Below, piece by piece: positions 52,693-62,439 of a stretch of 64,000 bases of DNA; the first letter of the stretch is position 1, and each line of letters starts with the position of its first letter. The stretch lies in assembly GCA_963833925.1 (NCBI GenBank), contig CAWHZT010000017.1, positions 285,041 through 349,040 on the forward strand. The letters run 5' to 3'. The notes under the pieces were generated by a model, which did not search any database, was not told the origin of the DNA, and saw only the letters and a program-made list of their open reading frames with translations. The translations under genes and the position numbers were made by a program. The stretch comes from an uncultured Actinomycetota bacterium. Its GTDB lineage: Bacteria; Actinomycetota; Actinomycetes; Propionibacteriales; Propionibacteriaceae.

Positions 52693-52981
52693 GGCGCCTC
52701 GCCTTGCCGCTCGTGCTGGAAGACGACGTACGCGGGCCCGGGCCGGGCGCCGTCTTGACGCTCTTGCTGGAAGACGGCGGCTGTGGGCGGCTGTGGCGCG
52801 CCGTCCTGCCGCTTCTGCTGGAAGGCGACTGCTGTGGGTTGCCGTGGGCGCGCCGTCTGAACGCTCTTGCTGGGAGACGACGGCTGTGGACGGCTGTGGC
52901 GCGCTGTCCTGCCGCTTCTGCTGGGAGACGACGGCTGTGGACGGCCGTGGCGCGCCGTCTTGACGCTTCTGCTGGAAGACG
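52693..52981 (+). repeat. Six-copy 51-bp degenerate tandem repeat (MIRU/VNTR-like)
   Basis: TGCTGG core at 52714, 52765, 52816, 52868, 52919, 52970. Confidence 0.85.
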
Positions 52982-53018
52982 GGGGGGCAGATGTCAGGCC
53001 TCTGCCTCGATGCAGCGG

Positions 53019-53058
53019 TTACTTAGCAGTTGTATTTAGCATTGCGAAGTAATATGCT
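53019..53058 (+). promoter_or_regulatory. Putative MarR operator overlapping the -10 (TATGCT)
   Basis: AT-rich TTACTTAGCA..TATTTAGCATTGCGAAGTAA imperfect palindromes just before GTG 53067. Confidence 0.55.
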
Positions 53059-53066
53059 CGGGACTC

Positions 53067-53507
53067 GTGAACACGCATGACCTGACGAGCACGCCCGGGC
53101 TGGCAAGCGCCCTGCGTACGACCACCCTCCGGTTGGCCCGACGGCTGAGGCAGATGCGTGCCGACGATCTCGAGCTGACCGGCAGCCAGCTGTCCGCGAT
53201 GGGGAGCCTGCTGAATCACGGCGACCAGCTGATGGGCGAGCTCGCCGGTCTCGAGCGGATCCAGCCGCCGTCGATGACGCGCATCGTCAACGGTCTCGAG
53301 GAGCGGGGGATGGTGGTTCGTAAGCCGTCGGAGCACGATCGGCGCCAGTGTGTCGTCGCGCTGACGGGGGCCGGCCGGGACGTGCTGCTCGCCAACCGCC
53401 GCCGCCGCGACGAGTGGCTCGCCCGGCAGATCGAGCAGCTGGCCGATGATGAGCGCGAGGTCCTCCGGCGTGCCGTGGTGATCCTCGACCGGGTACACAG
53501 CGCGTGA
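53067..53507 (+). CDS. MarR-family regulator
   Basis: RLARRLRQ..SQLSAM..ELAGLERIQPPSMTRIV..DRR. Confidence 0.93.
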   Translation: MNTHDLTSTPGLASALRTTTLRLARRLRQMRADDLELTGSQLSAMGSLLNHGDQLMGELAGLERIQPPSMTRIVNGLEERGMVVRKPSEHDRRQCVVALTGAGRDVLLANRRRRDEWLARQIEQLADDEREVLRRAVVILDRVHSA

Positions 53508-55054
53508 GTCTCGACGCCCACCCGAAACCCGACCAGACTACAGCGGGCGATCTCGTCAACGACGCACCGATCGTGCGGAGGTCGGCAGTCGTCGATCCGC
53601 AGGCACAGCCGACTCAGCCCCGTCCGCCGCGCGCGGGCCGAGCCCCAAGCGGCGAGCGCACCCCAAGCGGCGAGCGCACCCCAAGCGGCGAGCGCACCCC
53701 AAGCGGCGAGCGCTCCTCAGACAGCGAGCGCTCCTCGGACAGCGAGCGCACCTCGGACAGCGAGCGCACCCCAGACAGCGAGCCGACCGCGAGTAGCCCC
53801 CGCGCCGCCGGCATTCCGCGCACCCGGATGTTCGCGGCGCTGAGTGTGCGCAACTACCGGATCTGGATGTCCGGCGCGTTCGTGTCGAACATCGGCACCT
53901 GGATGCAGCGGGTCGCACAGGACTGGTTCGTGCTGGAGCTGTCCCACGGCTCCGGTGTCGCCGTGGGCATCACGACCGCCCTCCAGTTCCTGCCGATGCT
54001 GCTGCTGTCCCCGGTCGGCGGGCTGGTCGCGGACCGGTTCTCCAAGCGTTCCGTGCTGAAGGTGACGCAGTTCTGGCTGGCCGGCTGCGCGACGCTGCTC
54101 GGTGTGCTGGCGGTGACCGGAGTGGCACAGACCTGGCAGGTGTTCGTCTGCGCGTTCCTGTTCGGGATCGGCACAGCCTTCGACAACCCGGCGCGACAGA
54201 GCTTCGTCTCGGAGGTGGTCGGCGGGCCGCTGCTGCCCAACGCGATCGCGCTCAACTCGGCGACCTTCAACGGCGCGAGGATCATCGGCCCGGCGGTCGC
54301 CGGCCTGGTCATCGCCGCGTTCGGCTCCGGCTGGGCGATCTTGTCCAACGCCGTCACGTACGCCGCCTTCATCATCGCGCTCACCGTGATGGACGCACGT
54401 TCACTTCAACCGCAACCACGCGCGAGCAAGGCGAAGCGACAGATCCGACAAGGGGTCGCGTACGTCCGCGGGCGTCCCGATCTCTCCCTGGTCCTGCTGG
54501 TCGCCTTCTGTGTGGGCACGTTCGGGATGAACTTCCAGCTCACCTCCGCACTGATGGCCCAGCAGGAGTTCCATCGCGGCGCCGAGCAGTACGGCATCCT
54601 CGGCACATTCATGGCGATCGGCTCCCTGGCAGGGGCCCTGGTGGCGGCTCGCCGCACCTCACCGCCGTCGGCCCGGTACGTGGTCAGAGCTGCACTGATC
54701 TTCGGCGGCCTCGAGATCGTCACCGGCCTGATGCCGACGTACGGGGCGTACGCCGCGTCCCTGCCGGCCCTCGGGCTGGCCGCGCTGCTCACGCTCACCG
54801 CGTGCAACGCGTCGGTCCAGATGGGTGTGGATCCGTTGCTGCGCGGACGGGTGATGGCGCTCTATGCGATGGTGCTGATGGGCGGGACGCCCGTCGGCGC
54901 GCCGGTGATCGGCTGGATCGGGCAGGTCTTCGGACCCCGCTGGACGCTGATCGGCGGCGGTGCGCTCACCATGCTCGGGGTGCTCGCGGTCGCCGCCTGG
55001 CTGCTCCCGAAGGCCGCCGCGGCCGAGCGGACCGCCGTGCCGGCCATGTCCTGA
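53504..55054 (+). CDS. MFS transporter (MFS_3/DUF894-like) with low-complexity N-terminus
   Basis: IGTWMQRVAQDWFVL, FDNPARQSFV, LRGRVMALY; GTGA overlap with marR. Confidence 0.9.
   Translation: MSLDAHPKPDQTTAGDLVNDAPIVRRSAVVDPQAQPTQPRPPRAGRAPSGERTPSGERTPSGERTPSGERSSDSERSSDSERTSDSERTPDSEPTASSPRAAGIPRTRMFAALSVRNYRIWMSGAFVSNIGTWMQRVAQDWFVLELSHGSGVAVGITTALQFLPMLLLSPVGGLVADRFSKRSVLKVTQFWLAGCATLLGVLAVTGVAQTWQVFVCAFLFGIGTAFDNPARQSFVSEVVGGPLLPNAIALNSATFNGARIIGPAVAGLVIAAFGSGWAILSNAVTYAAFIIALTVMDARSLQPQPRASKAKRQIRQGVAYVRGRPDLSLVLLVAFCVGTFGMNFQLTSALMAQQEFHRGAEQYGILGTFMAIGSLAGALVAARRTSPPSARYVVRAALIFGGLEIVTGLMPTYGAYAASLPALGLAALLTLTACNASVQMGVDPLLRGRVMALYAMVLMGGTPVGAPVIGWIGQVFGPRWTLIGGGALTMLGVLAVAAWLLPKAAAAERTAVPAMS
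53643..53783 (+). repeat. About eight 18-bp in-frame tandem repeats (PSGERT/SDSERS)
   Basis: CCCCAAGCGGCGAGCGCA x4 grading into CCTCGGACAGCGAGCGC. Confidence 0.9.
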
Positions 55055-55090
55055 CCGGCCCCACCCGCCGCGCGCTCCCGTGCACAACAA

Positions 55091-55146
55091 AACTGGGCGC
55101 AAGCCGCAACTCAACACATCGGGAGTTGCCGTTCTTGCGCCCAGTT
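55091..55146. repeat. 56-bp palindrome, family C copy 1
   Basis: AACTGGGCGCAAG..GCAACTC..GAGTTGC..CTTGCGCCCAGTT. Confidence 0.75.
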
Positions 55147-55176
55147 CCAGGCCTGCGAAGGGTCCCAGAGAGGGTG

Positions 55177-55665
55177 TCAGTCCTCGCCGAACGCCTGGCG
55201 GAGCTTGGTCTCTTCCTCCTCCGACAGATTCGTGTAGATCAGCTGCATCTCGGTGCCGATGAACCGCTGCCGGACGCGATCCTCGACCGCGCTGGAGGTG
55301 AGCAGGAAGAGTGCCGATGTGCCGGGAGTGACCGACAGCTTCACCTTCTTGATGAAGTCGTCGTCGATGCCGACATCGCGCAGCGCCCCTGCGCCGGCTC
55401 CGGCCGCTGCGCCGACCGCCAGGCCCAGGAAGGGTATGAAGAACAGCAGGCCGAACAGGAAGCCCCAGAAGGCGCCGCCCATCGCGTACGGACCGACGAA
55501 CTCCTGGAGCTGATGGGTCTTGGGCTTCTTCGCACCGTCGACCCACTCGACGTACGCCGCATCCTGCAGCACGATCAGGCCCTCGTTGTTCAGATCCTTC
55601 ACGGTGTGCAACGCCAACGAGGCGCCCTGCGGCTTGTCGAACTTCCAGACGCTCAAAGTTGCCAC
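55177..55665 (-). CDS. DUF1269 membrane protein
   Basis: MATLSVWKF, GAFWGFLFGLLFFIPFLG, DVGIDDDFI, PGTSALF. Confidence 0.9.
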   Translation of the reverse strand: MATLSVWKFDKPQGASLALHTVKDLNNEGLIVLQDAAYVEWVDGAKKPKTHQLQEFVGPYAMGGAFWGFLFGLLFFIPFLGLAVGAAAGAGAGALRDVGIDDDFIKKVKLSVTPGTSALFLLTSSAVEDRVRQRFIGTEMQLIYTNLSEEEETKLRQAFGED

Positions 55666-55877
55666 GGATACTCCTTCATCGACGGGTTTGCTTCTGCAGA
55701 TCGTGCCACCTTGGCCTGATCCCGTCACGGGCACCCCGGCCGCTTCACCCCGCGCGGGTGACCTGGTGCGGCCTGGTGGGAGTAAGCGTCACCCCTGACC
55801 AGGCTGTGTATCGTCGATCCCGACGGGTCGCCCGAAGGAGTCACCCGCCGCGGTCGCGAACGTGATGGAGGCCAGCA

Positions 55878-56531
55878 GTGCGTGAACCGATCGTCACCGT
55901 CCGCGGCGAGGCCACCCGCGAGGTGGATCCCGAGCTGGCGACCGTCTCCGCCAGCGTGTCGGCCAGCGGTTCGACGGCCGCCCAGGTCACCGCGGAGCTG
56001 GCTGCCGGGAGCGAGCGGCTGAAGTCCGTCGTCGAACGATTCGCCGCGGGCATCGAGCGCTCCGCCAGCTCCGGTCTCTACGTCCACCCGATCACCGATC
56101 GGCGCAACGCCACCAAGATCACCGGCTATCGCGGGACGTTCACCAGCCAGATCGTCGTGCATGAGTTTGCGCTGCTGTCCGACCTGGTGCTGGCGCTCAG
56201 CGCCGTCCCCCAGGCCCAGCTCTCGGGACCGTGGTGGTCGCTGCGTCCGGACTCCGCGGCCCATCGCGACCTACGACTGGCTGCCATCGCCGACGGCCGG
56301 CGGCGGGCCGACGACTACGCGGCCGCGTTCGGCGCGCACGTGGCCGAGCTGCTCGAGGTCTCCGATATCGACGGGGGGTTCGATCGGCCGATGGCTCGGG
56401 GCGTCGCCTTCGCCGCCGCGACCAGGGGCGGGGCTCCCGAGAGCTCGTTCGACTTCGAGCCGGAGCTGCAGACCGTCTCAGGCCGGGTCACATTGCGGTT
56501 CACCATGACCGTTCCCGCTCTCGACAGCTGA
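55878..56531 (+). CDS. SIMPL (DUF541) domain protein
   Basis: VTVRGEA..V.PE, AAIADGRRRADDYA, V..RF. Confidence 0.85.
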   Translation: MREPIVTVRGEATREVDPELATVSASVSASGSTAAQVTAELAAGSERLKSVVERFAAGIERSASSGLYVHPITDRRNATKITGYRGTFTSQIVVHEFALLSDLVLALSAVPQAQLSGPWWSLRPDSAAHRDLRLAAIADGRRRADDYAAAFGAHVAELLEVSDIDGGFDRPMARGVAFAAATRGGAPESSFDFEPELQTVSGRVTLRFTMTVPALDS

Positions 56532-56575
56532 CCGTCGTCTCAGTGCGGTAACAATCAGCCGCTAGATTCTCGACC

Positions 56576-59500
56576 ATGTTTGCCAAGGTCTTGGTCGCCA
56601 ACCGGGGAGAGATCGCGGTACGGGCGTTTCGTGCCGCGTACGAGCTCGGCGCCCAGACGGTCGCCATCTATCCGTACGAGGATCGCAACGCCGTTCACCG
56701 GATCAAGGCGGACGAGGCGTATGAGATCGGCGAGCGCGGGCACCCGGTCCGGGCCTATCTCGACGTCGACAGCATCGTCCAGGCGGCGGTCCGCTGCGGT
56801 GCCGATGCCATCTATCCCGGCTACGGCTTCCTGAGCGAGAACCCAGACCTGGCCCGCGCATGCGCCGACGCCGGGATCACCTTCATCGGCCCTCCGGCCG
56901 AGGTGCTCGAGCTTGCCGGCAACAAGGTCCGGGCGCTGCAGGCCGCCAGGGCCGCCGGGATTCCCACGTTGCGGTCCACCCCGCCATCTGCCGACCTCGA
57001 CGAGCTGGTCGCCGGCGCGGAGGAGATCGGCTTCCCCGTCTTCGTCAAGGCCGTCGCCGGTGGTGGCGGCCGAGGCATGCGGCGGGTCGACGACCCGTCG
57101 AAGCTGCGCGAGTCGGTCGAGGCCGCGATGCGCGAGGCGGAGGGCGCGTTCGGCGATCCGACCGCTTTCATCGAGCAGGCGGTCGGGCGGCCGCGCCACA
57201 TCGAGGTCCAGATCCTGGCCGACACCCAGGGCACGGTGATGCACCTGTTCGAGCGTGACTGCTCGATCCAGCGCCGGCACCAGAAGGTCATCGAGATCGC
57301 TCCTGCGCCGAACATCTCCGACGAGCTGCGTGCCGCGCTGTGCGCGGACGCGGTGAAGTTCGCGGAGTCGATCGACTACTCGTGTGCCGGGACGGTTGAG
57401 TTCCTGGTCGAGACCGAGGGCGAGCGGGCCGGCCAGCACGTCTTCATCGAGATGAATCCCCGGATCCAGGTAGAGCACACCGTCACCGAGGAGATCTCCG
57501 ACGTCGACCTGGTCCAGTCCCAGATGCGGATCGCCAGCGGGGAGAGCCTGGACGATCTCGGCCTGTCCCAGGACAAGGTGCGGATCAACGGCGCCGCCCT
57601 CCAGTGCCGGATCACCACCGAGGACCCGGCCAACGGATTCCGCCCGGATACCGGCACGATCACCGCGTACCGGTCGGCCGGCGGCGCCGGTGTCCGGCTG
57701 GACGGCGGGACGGTCGACACCGGTGTCGAGATCAGCGCGCACTTCGACTCGATGCTGGTCAAGCTGACCTGCCGCGCCCGGACGTTCCAAGCCGCGGTGG
57801 CCCGGGCGCGACGGGCGCTGGCGGAGTTCCGGATCCGTGGCGTCAGCACGAACATCCCGTTCCTGCAGTCGGTCCTCGAGGATCCGGACTTCATCGCCGG
57901 CGACGTGTCCACCGCGTTCATCGAGGAGCGACCCGGCCTGCTGACCACCCACGTACCCGCCGACCGTGGCACCCGGCTGCTGCGCTGGCTGGCCGAGGTG
58001 ACCGTCAACCAGCCGAACGGCAAGGCGCCGACGCTGCTCGACCCGAAGACCAAGCTGCCGCCGGCCATCGATCTGGGCTCGCCGTCTCCGGCAGGATCGC
58101 GGCAGCGGCTGCTCGAGCTCGGTCCGGCGGGCTTCGCTGCCGACCTGCGCTCACGGACGCATGTCGAGGTCACCGACACAACGTTCCGCGACGCCCATCA
58201 GTCGCTGCTGGCTACTCGGGTCCGCACCAAGGATCTGCTCCGGGTCGCGCCGTACGTCGGCCGGATGACCCCGGAGCTGCTCAGCGTCGAGTGCTGGGGC
58301 GGGGCGACGTACGACGTCGCTCTGCGGTTCCTCAACGAGGACCCTTGGGAGCGCCTCGCGGCGCTGCGCTACAACATGCCGGGGCTGTGCCTGCAGATGC
58401 TGCTCCGGGGCCGTAACACGGTCGGCTACACGCCGTATCCCACGAAGGTGACGACCTCGTTCGTGGCCGAGGCCGCCGACACCGGAATCGACATCTTCCG
58501 GATCTTCGACGCGCTGAACGACATCGAGCAGATGCGGCCGGCGATCGATGCGGTCCGCGAGACCGGTACGACGATTGCGGAGGTGGCGCTGTGCTACACC
58601 GCCGATCTCAACGATCCGGGCGAGACGCTGTACACGCTCGACTACTACCTGCGACTGGCCGAGCAGATCGTCGAGGCCGGCGCCCATGTGCTGGCGATCA
58701 AGGACATGGCGGGTCTGCTCCGGCCGCCGGCCGCGAAGAAGCTGGTAGGTGCCCTCCGAGAGCGGTTCGACCTGCCGGTCCACCTGCACACCCACGACAC
58801 GGCGGGCGGCCAGCTGGCCACTCTGCTGGCAGCGGTGGACGCCGGGGTGGACGCGGTCGACGTGGCCTCGGCGCCGATGGCCGCGACGACCTCGCAGCCG
58901 CCGGCATCCGCGCTGGTGGCGGCGCTGGCCAACACCGAGCGGTCGACCAACCTCGACCTGCGTGCGGTGATGGACCTGGAGCCGTACTGGGAGGCCGTCC
59001 GCAAGATCTACGCGCCGTTCGAGTCGGGTTTGCCGTCGCCGACCGGTCGCGTGTACGACCACGAGATCCCCGGCGGGCAGCTGTCCAACCTGCGCCAGCA
59101 GGCGATCGCGTTGGGACTAGGGGAGAAGTTCGAGGCTATCGAGGCGATGTACGCCGCCGCGTCACGGATCCTCGGACGGCCCACCAAGGTCACGCCGTCG
59201 TCCAAGGTGGTCGGCGACCTCGCATTGCAGCTGGTGGCGGTCGGGGCGGATCCGAACGATTTCGCCGAGAACCCGCAGAACTACGACATCCCGGACTCCG
59301 TGATCGGCTTCCTCGGTGGCGAGCTGGGCGACCCGCCCGGCGGCTGGCCGGAGCCGTTCCGGACCAAGGCCCTGCAGGGCCGCACGGTGCCGCTGCGCGA
59401 GACCGAATTGTCCCGGGAAGACTCCGATCTGCTCGACCAGCCCGGCCGGTCCCGGCAGGAGACGCTGAACCGGCTGCTGTTCCCCGGCCCGACGAAGGAG

Positions 59501-59977
59501 TTCATGTCGGCGCGAGAGACGTACGGCCGGGTCGGCCGGCTGGACACCCTCGACTATCTGTACGGCCTGCGTCCCGGTGACGAGCACACCGTTCCGTTGG
59601 GACGCGGGGTCAGCTTGATCCTGGGACTTGAGGCCATCGGCTCACCCGACGAGCGCGGTATGCGGACCGTCATGTGCACCATCAACGGCCAGCTACGTCC
59701 GATCCGGGTGCGTGACACCTCGATCAAGGTCGACGTGAAAGTGGCGGAGAAGGCGGACTCGGCCAACCCCGGCCATGTCGCGGCGCCCTTCGCCGGCGTC
59801 GTGTCGGTCGGGGTCGCAGAGGGGGACGTCGTGGAGGCGGGCGCGACCGTGGCGACCATCGAAGCGATGAAGATGGAGGCCGCGATCACGGCGGGTCGGT
59901 CCGGCACTGTTCAGCGCCTCGCCCTCGGCTCGATCCAGCAAGTCGAAGGCGGCGACCTCGTGCTGGTCATAGCGTGA
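56576..59977 (+). CDS. pyc: Pyruvate carboxylase
   Basis: ANRGEIA biotin carboxylase, DTTFRDAHQSL carboxyltransferase, EAMKM biotin site. Confidence 0.98.
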   Translation: MFAKVLVANRGEIAVRAFRAAYELGAQTVAIYPYEDRNAVHRIKADEAYEIGERGHPVRAYLDVDSIVQAAVRCGADAIYPGYGFLSENPDLARACADAGITFIGPPAEVLELAGNKVRALQAARAAGIPTLRSTPPSADLDELVAGAEEIGFPVFVKAVAGGGGRGMRRVDDPSKLRESVEAAMREAEGAFGDPTAFIEQAVGRPRHIEVQILADTQGTVMHLFERDCSIQRRHQKVIEIAPAPNISDELRAALCADAVKFAESIDYSCAGTVEFLVETEGERAGQHVFIEMNPRIQVEHTVTEEISDVDLVQSQMRIASGESLDDLGLSQDKVRINGAALQCRITTEDPANGFRPDTGTITAYRSAGGAGVRLDGGTVDTGVEISAHFDSMLVKLTCRARTFQAAVARARRALAEFRIRGVSTNIPFLQSVLEDPDFIAGDVSTAFIEERPGLLTTHVPADRGTRLLRWLAEVTVNQPNGKAPTLLDPKTKLPPAIDLGSPSPAGSRQRLLELGPAGFAADLRSRTHVEVTDTTFRDAHQSLLATRVRTKDLLRVAPYVGRMTPELLSVECWGGATYDVALRFLNEDPWERLAALRYNMPGLCLQMLLRGRNTVGYTPYPTKVTTSFVAEAADTGIDIFRIFDALNDIEQMRPAIDAVRETGTTIAEVALCYTADLNDPGETLYTLDYYLRLAEQIVEAGAHVLAIKDMAGLLRPPAAKKLVGALRERFDLPVHLHTHDTAGGQLATLLAAVDAGVDAVDVASAPMAATTSQPPASALVAALANTERSTNLDLRAVMDLEPYWEAVRKIYAPFESGLPSPTGRVYDHEIPGGQLSNLRQQAIALGLGEKFEAIEAMYAAASRILGRPTKVTPSSKVVGDLALQLVAVGADPNDFAENPQNYDIPDSVIGFLGGELGDPPGGWPEPFRTKALQGRTVPLRETELSREDSDLLDQPGRSRQETLNRLLFPGPTKEFMSARETYGRVGRLDTLDYLYGLRPGDEHTVPLGRGVSLILGLEAIGSPDERGMRTVMCTINGQLRPIRVRDTSIKVDVKVAEKADSANPGHVAAPFAGVVSVGVAEGDVVEAGATVATIEAMKMEAAITAGRSGTVQRLALGSIQQVEGGDLVLVIA

Positions 59978-59996
59978 CCGGCTCGCGCCCGCTCTC

Positions 59997-60656
59997 TCAG
60001 CCCGCGTAGAAGCCGATCAGGTCCGGCCTCGGGCGGCCGAGCCGCTCGGCCACCTCGGACCAGGGGACGAATCCATCGAGCCAGACGACCAGGGCGGCGA
60101 TCAGCTCCTGCTGGTCCTGGGTCTTCAGCTCGGCCATCGCGGCCCGGTAGGCGCTCGCCATCATCAGGGCCTTGTCGTATGGGTGCCAACCGACCGTCAG
60201 CCCCGTGACGGGCAGCAGGCCGACGCTGGTCGTCGAGTTCAGCAGGTGCCGCAGGCCGACCGCTGCGGACACCCCGCCGCGCGCCAGGGCGAAGTCCAGA
60301 TCGTCCATCTGGCCGGCGGTGAGCTCGAGCTTGGTCGACCCCCACGCCATGCCCTGTACCAGCAGCTCCAGCACCCGCCACGTTGCGCCGGCCCGCTCGG
60401 GCGGAACATACGCACCGGCGATCAGGACCTGCACGTCGTGGGGCTCGGGATCGGTCGGCGAAACGACCGGGGCGGCCGGCACACGGCGGAAGATCGGACC
60501 GAGCCGCGACAGCAGCCCACCGGACCGCGCCCCGACGGGCTGGGGCGCAAGAGCCTGCTGCGCGAGTCCATGCAGGTGCGCCGCATACGCCGCGTCGGCG
60601 CCCACGATGCCGCGCACCTCGTCGATGCCGACGGCGTACAGCCGGAGCTCGCCCAT
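59997..60656 (-). CDS. Conserved hypothetical protein
   Basis: Clean 219-aa ORF, TACGGT -10 six nt before ATG; no recognised motif. Confidence 0.7.
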   Translation of the reverse strand: MGELRLYAVGIDEVRGIVGADAAYAAHLHGLAQQALAPQPVGARSGGLLSRLGPIFRRVPAAPVVSPTDPEPHDVQVLIAGAYVPPERAGATWRVLELLVQGMAWGSTKLELTAGQMDDLDFALARGGVSAAVGLRHLLNSTTSVGLLPVTGLTVGWHPYDKALMMASAYRAAMAELKTQDQQELIAALVVWLDGFVPWSEVAERLGRPRPDLIGFYAG

Positions 60657-60694
60657 GACAGAACCGTAGCCGAGGCTCCGCCTATCCTGAGCGC

Positions 60695-60790
60695 ATGAAT
60701 CCCCGGACTCGGCGTCTGATCGTGTCCGGTGTCCTCGCGGCCATGCTGCTGATCGTCATCGTCACGGCAGTCGTCAGGTCGACCCGCTGA
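60695..60790 (+). CDS. 31-aa small single-pass membrane protein (below ORF-track cutoff)
   Basis: MNPRTRRLIVSGVLAAMLLIVIVTAVVRSTR*; TATCCT -10 six nt upstream; fills the intergenic gap. Confidence 0.65.
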   Translation: MNPRTRRLIVSGVLAAMLLIVIVTAVVRSTR

Positions 60791-60796
60791 GTTCGG

Positions 60797-61252
60797 CTAC
60801 CCGCCGCCCCACACCGCCGTCGCCCCGGCGTGCCCGATCCGGACGACCTGCACGATGGTCACGACGCCGAACACGATGCTCAGGACCGACCCGATGATCA
60901 GCATCAACCGGCCCCTCGGGTGCTCCCTGGTCACCAGCCGCTGACCGATATAGACCAGCACGACACCGACGAGCAGCCCGACGGTCCACCACAACAGCGT
61001 TCCTCCCAGAGCCTCGTGTCGCTGCAGCGCAGCTGATGGCTGAGTGAACGTCTTGCTGAGGTCCTCACCCGCCTCCTGGGTGACGTAGGTCAGGATCGGA
61101 GCCGCGATCGCGGCCACCAGCACCAGCTCGGAGTAGCGCAGCCGGGCCCACTTCAGCAGGGAGATCACGATCGCTCCAAGCGCTGCCAGGGGGACGATGA
61201 CGACCGTCGCGTGAACGATGAGCGGGTGCAGTGGCAACCCCAGGATCTCCAT
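60797..61252 (-). CDS. DUF2231 membrane protein
   Basis: GLPLHPLIVH, HEALG, VRIGHAGATAVW. Confidence 0.85.
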   Translation of the reverse strand: MEILGLPLHPLIVHATVVIVPLAALGAIVISLLKWARLRYSELVLVAAIAAPILTYVTQEAGEDLSKTFTQPSAALQRHEALGGTLLWWTVGLLVGVVLVYIGQRLVTREHPRGRLMLIIGSVLSIVFGVVTIVQVVRIGHAGATAVWGGG

Positions 61253-61391
61253 GGCGCAACTCAATCATCCTTCGCTGTACAGGCCTTCGCTGCGTACGGG
61301 AGGTGAACTTCTGGCCGCGACCTTCCGGTCCGACGACCAGACGTCGCGTACGCTCCCACGTGAAAGAACGACGAAAGGTTCAGCCACGACG

Positions 61392-62420
61392 ATGGTTCGG
61401 TCGCGTAAGGGCGCCCGGGGGGCGGCCGCTCTCAGCCTTGCCCTGCTCGCCTCACTCTGGGCACCCGCGGTCGCCGCGGCCGAGGCCAAGGTGGCGTTCA
61501 CCATCACCGACCCCCGGATCACGGAGTCGTCGGGGCTGGTTCGCAATGCCGCACATGACGGCTACTGGACCGTCAACGACTCCGGCGACGGCGGCGTCGT
61601 GTACGCGTTGAACACCAAGGGCGCGGTCACCGGAAGCTTCCGTTACGCGGCGAGCCCGACCGACGTTGAGGCGCTGGCACGCTACGGCAAGCGCCTCTAC
61701 GTCGCAGACATCGGTGACAACGCCAAGAAGCGCGACTTCGTGACGGTGTACTACTTCAGCGATCCGCCCACGGATGGCAGCACGGTGAAGTTCCGGTCGT
61801 ACGACTTCGCCTATCCCGATGGCCCGCACGACGCGGAGACTCTGCTGGTCGACGCCGCCGGCCGGTTGTACATCGTCACGAAGGACAAGAAGGGCGCGAT
61901 CTACTCCGCGCCCGGCGTGCCGTCGAGGACGGCGCTGAACCGGCTGGTCAAGGTCGGCTCTGCACCGGCGTACGTGACCGACGGCGTGTTCCTGGACAAC
62001 AACGAGCAGATCGCCCTTCGGACGTATGTCTCGGTGATCATGCTCGATGCGATCAGCTACAAGACCGCGGGTCGGTCGGTGGCTCCACTGCAACCGCAGG
62101 GGGAGACGATCGCGCTCACCCCCAACGGCAAGCAGCTCCTGCTCGGCAGCGAGGGGAGCCCCTCCACCACATACGTCGTCAGCGTGCCGACCAAGGACGC
62201 GAAGGTGCCGAAGGCCGCCGCCACGCCGCCGGCGGACCCGTCGGCGAGCCCGAGTGCCTCGAAGTCGTCCACCGACAGTGCGGATGCGGACACCGACCCC
62301 GCCGCGGACGAGGGCTCCAGTGCCGTCGGCGGCGGGCAAGGCACGATGCTCGCGCTGGGTCTGGCCGCCGCGGTGGCCGTGGTCGCCGGCGTGGTCGTTG
62401 CGGTGGTCCGCCGCCCCTGA
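61392..62420 (+). CDS. Secreted, C-terminally anchored beta-propeller-like protein
   Basis: Signal peptide; ESSGL, WTVNDSG, DVEALA, ADIGDN, HDAETL, QGETI; Ser/Pro linker plus TM-RRP. Confidence 0.8.
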   Translation: MVRSRKGARGAAALSLALLASLWAPAVAAAEAKVAFTITDPRITESSGLVRNAAHDGYWTVNDSGDGGVVYALNTKGAVTGSFRYAASPTDVEALARYGKRLYVADIGDNAKKRDFVTVYYFSDPPTDGSTVKFRSYDFAYPDGPHDAETLLVDAAGRLYIVTKDKKGAIYSAPGVPSRTALNRLVKVGSAPAYVTDGVFLDNNEQIALRTYVSVIMLDAISYKTAGRSVAPLQPQGETIALTPNGKQLLLGSEGSPSTTYVVSVPTKDAKVPKAAATPPADPSASPSASKSSTDSADADTDPAADEGSSAVGGGQGTMLALGLAAAVAVVAGVVVAVVRRP

Positions 62421-62439
62421 CCCTCCGCTCTCCTCCCCC

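Noticed and set aside
52693-52981. CRISPR array
   Set aside because: The would-be spacers are short (~19 nt) and homologous to each other, the repeats are degenerate, and there are no cas genes
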